From a virus (Duplodnaviria; Heunggongvirae; Uroviricota; Caudoviricetes), in the IMG/VR virus record IMGVR_UViG_2645727676_000015: a DNA stretch of 4,564 nt. The stretch is one strand, 5' to 3'. Position numbers and translations under genes: made by a program. Positions 1 through 4,564 of this stretch are shown here, piece by piece (positions within the stretch are counted from its first letter, which is position 1; the number at the start of each line of letters is the position of its first letter). The notes beneath the pieces were generated by a model. It was not told the origin of the DNA, did not search any database, and was given only the letters and a program-made list of their open reading frames with translations.

Positions 1-168
1 AAAGAGGTTACTGAGTCGGATTTACTTAAATATCCAGTCTCTAAAGGTCGTAAACACATCCGAATTACTCAGGACGCTTTAGATACTTTGAAGGCACTTA
101 ACAGCTTTAAAATTGATATTGCCCGTCTAATGAGTCTCAAGATTCACAAACTGTCTCTGGAGGTCTGA
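1..168 (+). CDS. 3' end of a CDS that begins upstream of the window; hypothetical protein (C-terminal 55 aa ...KGRKHIRITQDALDTLKALNSFKIDIARLMSLKIHKLSLEV)
   Basis: Frame 1 is open from base 1 to a TGA stop at 166-168. The next gene starts 2 nt later, which fits a packed operon. I recognise no motif. The ORF track omits it because it has no start codon inside the window. Confidence 0.45.
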   Translation, partial: KEVTESDLLKYPVSKGRKHIRITQDALDTLKALNSFKIDIARLMSLKIHKLSLEV

Positions 169-170
169 TT

Positions 171-443
171 ATGAAGCAATGGCGAGATGATATTAAACGG
201 TTCTTTGCAACTTATTTCATGATTAATTACGAAACAGGAATGCTTGAATGGATTGATGGTGGAGAGGTTAAGACAAGAGATGACGCTTACGGTAATCCAA
301 TGATTCGTTATGGCACTCGTGATTATTATCTGAAGTATGTCATCTGGTTTTTGCATCATGAAGTTCAGGCAACTAAAAAGATTATCTTCAGGGATGGTAA
401 TAAAAGAAATTGCCACCCAAACAATTTACTCCTGGAGATTTAA
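171..443 (+). CDS. HNH-like (HNH_3-type) endonuclease domain protein, possibly degenerate
   Basis: ATG at 171, with GGAGG at 155-159 upstream. The C-terminal motif FRDGNKRNCHPNNLLL resembles the DH-x-DGN-x-x-NN-x-x-x-NL signature of phage HNH_3 endonucleases, and YLKYVIWFLHHEV resembles the preceding conserved strand. The position usually held by the catalytic His in the D-H dipeptide is R here. The TAA stop at 441-443 overlaps the next start. Confidence 0.5.
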   Translation: MKQWRDDIKRFFATYFMINYETGMLEWIDGGEVKTRDDAYGNPMIRYGTRDYYLKYVIWFLHHEVQATKKIIFRDGNKRNCHPNNLLLEI

Positions 444-643
444 TGTTATGTATTAAATTCGAATATTTGACAGATAAAATGATTAAGTATGTATCAGACC
501 TGCTCATCAAAGAAGGTGGTTTCGGTGATGCTTGCAATCCAAAAGATATCTTCATTCATGCCACCAGCCCAAACGCAACACTAAAGACAGCAGTTACAGC
601 GGAATGGTTTGAACGAAATAAAGCGGAATTAGGTTATTGGTAG
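443..643 (+). CDS. hypothetical small protein (66 aa from ATG 443; the track's TTG at 410 is less likely)
   Basis: ATG at 443-445 overlaps the upstream TAA (TAATG), suggesting translational coupling. GGAG at 433-436 gives a spacer of about 6 nt. The ORF runs to TAG at 641-643. No motif recognised. Confidence 0.5.
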   Translation: MLCIKFEYLTDKMIKYVSDLLIKEGGFGDACNPKDIFIHATSPNATLKTAVTAEWFERNKAELGYW

Positions 644-820
644 TCCGAGACTTTAAGAGAAATTAGAAAAACAGCTTCTCAGACGCTCTCAATCGCATTC
701 TAACGCAAAAAACTATCTTATTTTAGGGTGGGTAATACACACTACAGGCTACCCCTGAAAAAGACTGTTTAGCTCGTTACAGAGCGATTGAGGAGGTCTG
801 GTAAAAAGGAGATTTTAAAA

Positions 821-1144
821 ATGAACAATTACCCAATGCAAATTATGGTTGATGCCGACACCGCTATGATGGTGCAAAGCTTCGCTGATGCAGATATTAG
901 CATTGACTTTGACAGGCTGTTAAAACTAATGGCTGAGAACTCAGAAGCAATTGAAGATTTTATTCAGGAAATTGAAACTGGTGACCCACGTTTTATGTTT
1001 CCTGTTAGCGACTTAAACATGAAGCGTCTTATTATCGAAGAAACGAACAAATACAGCGTTAGCCCTGAACAATATCTCAAGGCGGCTATAGCAATTTTGT
1101 ACGCTGACAATATTTTGGTTACGGATTCTGTGAGGGTTCACTAA
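821..1144 (+). CDS. hypothetical strongly acidic small protein (107 aa)
   Basis: ATG at 821 is preceded by AAAGGAG at 805-811. The track's TTG at 788 lies inside the ribosome-binding region and is less likely. By hand count there are about 19 Asp+Glu against about 8 Lys+Arg. Stop is TAA at 1142-1144. Confidence 0.6.
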   Translation: MNNYPMQIMVDADTAMMVQSFADADISIDFDRLLKLMAENSEAIEDFIQEIETGDPRFMFPVSDLNMKRLIIEETNKYSVSPEQYLKAAIAILYADNILVTDSVRVH

Positions 1145-1221
1145 TGACGTTAATTGTATTATGGACGCTATTAGGGCTATTGGTTGGTTGTATTATTAAC
1201 AATGCGGTAAATAAGAATTGA
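1144..1221 (+). CDS. putative 25-aa hydrophobic (single transmembrane-like) peptide MTLIVLWTLLGLLVGCIINNAVNKN
   Basis: ATG at 1144-1146 overlaps the upstream TAA (TAATG). GAGGG at 1132-1136 gives a 7-nt spacer. Stop is TGA at 1219-1221. It is below the ORF-track length cutoff and was found by manual translation. The hydrophobic core with a polar C-terminal tail is typical of small membrane peptides. Confidence 0.35.
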   Translation: MTLIVLWTLLGLLVGCIINNAVNKN

Positions 1222-1244
1222 TGTTATCAATCTGTTAAAAGCTG

Positions 1245-1273
1245 TTGACAAATAACCTTACGCATGACATAAT
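1245..1273 (+). promoter_or_regulatory. sigma70-type promoter: -35 TTGACA (1245-1250), 17-bp spacer, extended -10 TGaCATAAT (1265-1273)
   Basis: The -35 hexamer is a perfect consensus, the spacing is optimal at 17 bp, and the -10 is CATAAT with a TG extension one base upstream. An AT-rich tract lies just 5' of the -35. The predicted transcription start is near 1279-1281. Confidence 0.6.
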
Positions 1274-1286
1274 TGTATATATGGGG

Positions 1287-1313
1287 GAGAGCAATTCTCT
1301 CTTATTTTTCTTT
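1287..1313 (+). terminator. intrinsic-terminator-like hairpin (GAGAG-caatt-CTCTC) followed by a U-rich tract
   Basis: 5-bp stem at 1287-1291 / 1297-1301, then ttatttttcttt. It lies 66 nt after the small-peptide stop and just after the predicted start of the 1245 promoter. It could terminate the upstream operon or be the first structure of the leader. Confidence 0.4.
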
Positions 1314-1440
1314 CAATAATCCGATGGATGGATATTCTGAATTGGAAAGGTGCAATGCTTTTCGTCATGGCCTATTTAGCCCACACTAGATAGGCTATCT
1401 CAAAAAGTCTTTGTTCATTCGTTTGAATCCTTTACAGATT

Positions 1441-1469
1441 GCCCTAATCATGAGTTAGGGCGTTTCTTT
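1441..1469 (+). terminator. stem-loop GCCCTAA-tcatgag-TTAGGGC followed by GTTTCTTT (terminator or attenuator-like)
   Basis: Perfect 7-bp stem at 1441-1447 / 1455-1461 with a 7-nt loop, followed by a U-rich tract that is interrupted by G and C. Confidence 0.45.
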
Positions 1470-1541
1470 AAGAGTTTTTAAACAGAGCTTTTAAAGAAAG
1501 TTTTTCCTGAAACTTCGTTAACGTTATAAAGCAAACCTTCA

Positions 1542-1575
1542 AAGCCCTTCACAGATTATGTTTAGGGCTTTTTTC
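1542..1575 (+). terminator. stem-loop (GCCCT ... AGGGC) followed by T6 (terminator or attenuator-like)
   Basis: GC-rich 5-bp stem at 1545-1549 / 1565-1569, with possible inner pairing aca/tgt and a 15-nt loop region, followed by TTTTTT at 1570-1575. It shares the acagatt and ttagggc motifs with the 1441 hairpin. Confidence 0.4.
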
Positions 1576-1691
1576 CAATTCATAAAAGCACACTTGGCAG
1601 GTTCTTGTTCAGTCAGACTCTTCACCTCTGATTGCTGAGTGTGCTTCTACGAATTTGAAAATAAGCAATTACACTAAAGAGGTGAAAAATA

Positions 1692-2396
1692 ATGTCTATC
1701 CGTGATGAACATGAAATGATTGTTGAGAACAGACCAAGTGCACTTGATATTCACGAATTAAGTTTGCGTGAATCTTTTGATAGAGCTTGGCGGGAATCAC
1801 ACGAAGTAAATAAAGGTCCATATATTCCACCAGAACCACTCGAGATTCCAAGAGTTGAAATTGATTTTTCTATGAACGAACGGTGTGAACTTGATTTGAA
1901 GTTGAAGCTACAACGCCGATATTTCCAAGCTATTAAAGACTCTCAAGAAGCAATGAGAAGTGTTTACGAGAAAATTCAGTCCAAGCTTGAAGACGAAATT
2001 GACGAAATGGTTATTTCGATGGAGCTTCAAACCAATTCTTATGCTTATTTCTCTCGACTAGACCGTGACGGTTGGGGGTATGACCCTGTAGAGATTGGTA
2101 AAGTGATTGCAGATTTACCAGAAGGTCAAAGAGTTATTCGTACAGAAAGAGCTGTCAGAGCACCACATCGACTGTCTCTAATTGTTGCTGATAAATCACA
2201 AGCTGAGCTTGAAGAAATTGCCAAAGAGAAACTGATGAAAGCAAGAGAAAATGAGATTAATTTGCTGAAATCAAGACTGGCTAAGCTGATTAGTGACCAT
2301 CAAGCGTTGGCTAAGGAGTACCGTCAAGAGTTGGCACAGATTATCAGCTTCAATGATTTTCTGAGTGTTCCACGAGAATTTAGCAAGGCTGTTTGA
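1692..2396 (+). CDS. hypothetical protein, 234 aa, with an acidic N-terminal half and a predicted coiled-coil C-terminal region
   Basis: ATG at 1692 is preceded by AGAGGTGA at 1677-1684 with a 7-nt spacer. A 705-nt open frame in AT-rich DNA is unlikely by chance. I recognise no conserved catalytic motif and no reverse-transcriptase YADD. The C-terminal heptad-like segment is QAELEEIAKEKLMKARENEINLLKSRLAKLISDHQALAKEY. Stop is TGA at 2394-2396. Confidence 0.7.
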   Translation: MSIRDEHEMIVENRPSALDIHELSLRESFDRAWRESHEVNKGPYIPPEPLEIPRVEIDFSMNERCELDLKLKLQRRYFQAIKDSQEAMRSVYEKIQSKLEDEIDEMVISMELQTNSYAYFSRLDRDGWGYDPVEIGKVIADLPEGQRVIRTERAVRAPHRLSLIVADKSQAELEEIAKEKLMKARENEINLLKSRLAKLISDHQALAKEYRQELAQIISFNDFLSVPREFSKAV

Positions 2397-2406
2397 TTAT
2401 GCAATA

Positions 2407-2530
2407 TGTGAGGTGATGTAATGTTTGAAGAACGTTTAGAGACTATTCGGTCTGTTTGCGAAAGACTCCAGCTACAACCAAATAGACAAAAGCTACGAAT
2501 TAAGAATAACCGTCATTACATCACCTCACA
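2407..2530 (+). repeat. perfect 17-bp inverted repeat, arms at 2407-2423 (tgtgaggtgatgtaatg) and 2514-2530 (cattacatcacctcaca), separated by 90 nt
   Basis: Confirmed base by base as exact reverse complements. The left arm contains the Shine-Dalgarno site and ATG of the 70-aa ORF. The right arm lies inside that ORF and carries a caccuc anti-SD-like core. Confidence 0.9.
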
Positions 2531-2633
2531 CAAACCAAAAACACGCAAGATTCCAAAGTGGTGTATTGACCGTATTCCTTCTGATGCTCAAATTATAGGT
2601 GAAACGGAACTACATTATCTTGTCCGACATTAA
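2421..2633 (+). CDS. hypothetical small basic protein (70 aa, Lys/Arg-rich; possible nucleic-acid binder)
   Basis: ATG at 2421 is preceded by GAGGTGA at 2410-2416. The central segment RQKLRIKNNRHYITSHKPKTRKIPKW is very basic. Stop is TAA at 2631-2633 and a terminator follows. Confidence is lowered because the start region is part of a long inverted repeat that may be the real functional element. Confidence 0.5.
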   Translation: MFEERLETIRSVCERLQLQPNRQKLRIKNNRHYITSHKPKTRKIPKWCIDRIPSDAQIIGETELHYLVRH

Positions 2634-2656
2634 AAAAGAATTGGTTGGGTAAATAC

Positions 2657-2698
2657 GGGGAGAGATTAACCTTAATTGGTTGGTCCTCCCCTTTTTTG
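2657..2698 (+). terminator. rho-independent terminator
   Basis: GGGGAG (2657-2662) pairs with CTCCCC (2686-2691), with an inner extension gattaacc/ggttggtc around a ttaatt loop, followed directly by TTTTTT at 2692-2697. It sits 24 nt after the 70-aa ORF stop and 18 nt before the tape measure start. Confidence 0.65.
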
Positions 2699-2715
2699 TA
2701 TGAGGTGAAATATGA

Positions 2716-4564
2716 ATGGCACAATTTAAAGTTGATGATTTTCTGATTGAGTTAAGTTTTAACTCTCAGAAAGTTTTAAAAGGCTTGGAAAAAGCCGAGA
2801 AACAAACGATGCAGGTAGCATCACGAATTGAGAAGCGGATAAATAAAGCTTTTAAGGTCAATCCTACGCCTTTAAATGATTCTCTCAAGGTTATGGAAAG
2901 AAATGTCGATAAAACTGTTTCCAAGATTGAGCAGCGTCTTAAAAACACTAAAGCGTTTAAGATTAAAACGGAAATTGAGGATACTTTAAAGCCACTTAGA
3001 CAGCCAAGACAGCCACGAATTAGCGGAAACAGAGCAATTACAGCAGCGCATAGCGTGAATATGAGCAAACTTCGTGACTTTAATCCTATGCTTGAGAAAT
3101 ATTTTAGAAGCCAGTATTACAGCTTAAGCAGTAAATCCAAGACACTTGGAAATGAAGCTTTTAATCGTGAGTTGGCAAAATTAAATCAAAATCTACGTGA
3201 AACACTTTCTAAGTTTAACAAGACCACCAGCAAAAATAATCACAGTGAAAATGCTTCAAATGGTTTAGATGTACTAGCTTCAAGTGCAATTAAAGCGGGT
3301 ACGGCTATTTACACTTTTCAAAGTGCTTTGGCAGCTTATCAGCGAGTAATGGAAGTTGGTTTACAGCGTGCAAGTGCTGAACGTTCAATTGATTTCGTAT
3401 TTGAAAAAGATGCAGGCCAAGTGAAAGAGTTCACAAAGTCATTAGCTCAAACAACGGGTTTAGATATCGCTGAACTGCAATCACAGTTTGCTGGTTTTGG
3501 TGCTTCAGCTAAAGAGTCTATGGGTATTCAAGGTTCTGAAGAACTTTTTAAAAGTATGATTGGCTATGCTCGTCTGATGGGGAGAAGTGAGGAAGAGATT
3601 AAGCGAGCACTGACAGCATTATCACAGATGGCTGGTAAGGGTCAGATTATGGCTGAAGAGCTTAAGGGGCAACTGGCTGAAGCTGTTCCTGGTATGGTTC
3701 AGGTATTCGCTAAAGCAACCGGAAAGACTGAACAGGAATTATTTGATGCCATGAAGAAGGGGGCTTTAAAATCTGCCGATACTCTTCAGAAGGTCACTCA
3801 GGAACTGAATAAACAAATCACAGCTAAAGGTGGCTGGAAAACTATTTCAGAAAGTACTCAGGCACAACTAGGGAACCTGAAAAACTCTTGGAATACCACG
3901 CTTGATAGTATCTTCAGAGGTTCTGAAAATGGTCTGCAAGATTTTACAAGAAGCCTAACAACGCTTTTGAATAGTTTAGGTGGGAGTGGTAAGAGTCTTG
4001 GTGAAGCTCTTGGTAGCTTGATGAGCGATATGTCAAGTGGTGTGGATAGTCTGACTGATATCAGCTACAGGGTAAGAGCGTTCTTCGATGAGGTGACATT
4101 AGCTTACCGTGGTTTAACCGATGAACAAAAGAAAGTAGTTGATGCTTTAGGTTCTGGCTTGATTAATAGTTTAAAAGTCTTGGCTGGTGTTATTGCTGTG
4201 AATAAAGTTGTTGGTGTAACCAGAAGTATTTACGGGCTTATGACTGCTATCACAAGATTAGGTCAGGTCGCTGATACTACAGCGGATAACGTGAATAGAA
4301 AGAATGGGAAACCATCAAGACTAAACCCTATGAATATGCTATTAGCTGGTAGTGCTATCTATGCAGGTTATGAGAGATTAGCTTCTACACCTGAACGAAT
4401 GGAAGCACAAGCTAAATTACCAGAGCTAGCTAAAGAGTCTGGACTTAAACCAGTGTTCACTATGGATGATGTGAAAGGTTGGTTTAATAGTGCAGCTATG
4501 AATCTTGCTAACTTCCAGCATCCAGAATTAATCACCATGAGACAAGATGCGGCATTAACGAATA
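2716..4564 (+). CDS. phage tail tape measure protein (lambda gpH-like), 5' portion of 616 codons; continues past the window end
   Basis: ATG at 2716 with GAGGTGA at 2702-2708 and a 7-nt spacer. The frame is open to the window end; I translated every codon by hand. The N-terminus MAQFKVDDFLIELSFNSQKVLKGLEKAEKQ resembles the lambda H N-terminus as I recall it. The segment MAGKGQIMAEELKGQLAEAVPGMVQVFAKATGKTEQELFDAMKKGALKSADTLQKV matches the conserved tape measure N-terminal domain. Later hydrophobic and Gly/Ser-rich stretches are typical of tape measure proteins. Confidence 0.85.
   Translation, partial: MAQFKVDDFLIELSFNSQKVLKGLEKAEKQTMQVASRIEKRINKAFKVNPTPLNDSLKVMERNVDKTVSKIEQRLKNTKAFKIKTEIEDTLKPLRQPRQPRISGNRAITAAHSVNMSKLRDFNPMLEKYFRSQYYSLSSKSKTLGNEAFNRELAKLNQNLRETLSKFNKTTSKNNHSENASNGLDVLASSAIKAGTAIYTFQSALAAYQRVMEVGLQRASAERSIDFVFEKDAGQVKEFTKSLAQTTGLDIAELQSQFAGFGASAKESMGIQGSEELFKSMIGYARLMGRSEEEIKRALTALSQMAGKGQIMAEELKGQLAEAVPGMVQVFAKATGKTEQELFDAMKKGALKSADTLQKVTQELNKQITAKGGWKTISESTQAQLGNLKNSWNTTLDSIFRGSENGLQDFTRSLTTLLNSLGGSGKSLGEALGSLMSDMSSGVDSLTDISYRVRAFFDEVTLAYRGLTDEQKKVVDALGSGLINSLKVLAGVIAVNKVVGVTRSIYGLMTAITRLGQVADTTADNVNRKNGKPSRLNPMNMLLAGSAIYAGYERLASTPERMEAQAKLPELAKESGLKPVFTMDDVKGWFNSAAMNLANFQHPELITMRQDAALTN

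Larger units (their letters stand above)
1280..1691 (+). other. roughly 410-nt non-coding, highly structured leader or possible non-coding RNA between the promoter and the 234-aa gene
   Basis: There is no ORF with a credible ribosome-binding site. It contains three hairpin/U-tract elements, the palindromes agatag-g-ctatct (1389-1401) and cgttaacg, and repeated tttttaaa/ttttaaag motifs. Confidence 0.4.

Noticed and set aside
144-416. 90-aa ORF on the minus strand
   Set aside because: It is entirely antisense to the better-supported + strand HNH-like CDS, which has a ribosome-binding site, a recognisable motif and operon context. I see no ribosome-binding site or motif for it, so it is most likely a shadow ORF.
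410-442. TTG start at 410 for the 77-aa ORF and TTG start at 788 for the 118-aa ORF, as given in the ORF track
   Set aside because: In-frame ATGs at 443 and 821 have properly spaced Shine-Dalgarno sites. The ATG at 443 forms a TAATG coupling overlap, and the TTG at 788 lies within the ribosome-binding region itself.
724-757. Possible terminator hairpin gggta...taccc
   Set aside because: It has only about a 5-bp stem with a 15-nt loop and no U-tract following.
1108-1144. Programmed -1 frameshift fusing the acidic protein to the downstream small ORF, analogous to lambda G/GT
   Set aside because: The -1 frame is open for only 12 codons upstream of 1144 and I found no canonical slippery heptamer there. 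The downstream ORF has its own start and ribosome-binding site.
1324-1389. 21-codon ORF inside the leader
   Set aside because: No Shine-Dalgarno site upstream and no distinctive composition. A leader-peptide role cannot be excluded but is unsupported.
1400-1432. tRNA-like T-loop resemblance (gttcattcgtttgaatcc)
   Set aside because: I could not build flanking acceptor and T-stem pairing or D and anticodon arms, so this is not a tRNA.
1280-1691. Type III toxin-antitoxin (ToxIN or AbiQ-like) arrangement of promoter, tandem RNA repeats, terminator and toxin gene
   Set aside because: The layout is superficially similar, but the leader has no tandem direct repeats of about 35 nt, only two loosely related hairpins, and the 234-aa protein shows no recognisable ToxN-like features.
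1559-1705. 48-codon ORF in the leader that overlaps the 234-aa gene start in another frame
   Set aside because: No ribosome-binding site, it overlaps a terminator-like hairpin, and it runs into the start of the well-supported 1692 CDS.
1692-2633. Retron (non-coding RNA plus reverse transcriptase) or tail-chaperone G/GT frameshift pair
   Set aside because: There is no reverse-transcriptase YADD-type motif in the 234-aa protein. The two ORFs are in the same frame, separated by in-frame stops, and each has its own ribosome-binding site, so a programmed -1 frameshift fusion is not possible. A highly divergent chaperone cannot be fully excluded without profile searches.
2712-2729. ATG at 2712 as the tape measure start
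   Set aside because: That frame reads M-N-G-T-I-stop. The ATG at 2716 opens the long frame and has a better Shine-Dalgarno spacing.
2766-3068. 100-aa ORF on the minus strand
   Set aside because: It is antisense to the N-terminal region of the tape measure gene, whose frame is open for over 600 codons with conserved motifs. Its Leu/Cys/Phe-rich composition is typical of an antisense artefact in AT-rich coding DNA.

Overview
All credible genes in this window are on the + strand and are closely packed, with two TAATG stop/start overlaps, which looks like a tailed-phage or prophage late region. The sequence is AT-rich by eye and uses GAGGTGA-type Shine-Dalgarno sites. In order: the 3' end of an unknown CDS (1-168), an HNH-like endonuclease (171-443), a small unknown CDS (443-643), a strongly acidic 107-aa protein (821-1144), a 25-aa hydrophobic peptide (1144-1221), and a near-consensus sigma70-type promoter (1245-1273). 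The promoter is followed by about 400 nt of non-coding, hairpin-rich sequence, then a 234-aa unknown protein (1692-2396), a 70-aa very basic protein (2421-2633) whose ribosome-binding site and start codon sit in one arm of a perfect 17-bp inverted repeat, an intrinsic terminator (2657-2698), and the first 616 codons of a lambda gpH-like tail tape measure protein (2716 to the window end). The most interesting candidate is the self-contained promoter-leader-234aa-70aa-terminator cassette sitting directly upstream of the tape measure gene, where tail assembly chaperones would normally be expected. No protein in it is recognisable from sequence alone, so its function is a hypothesis. No rRNA, tRNA, CRISPR array or transposase was seen.
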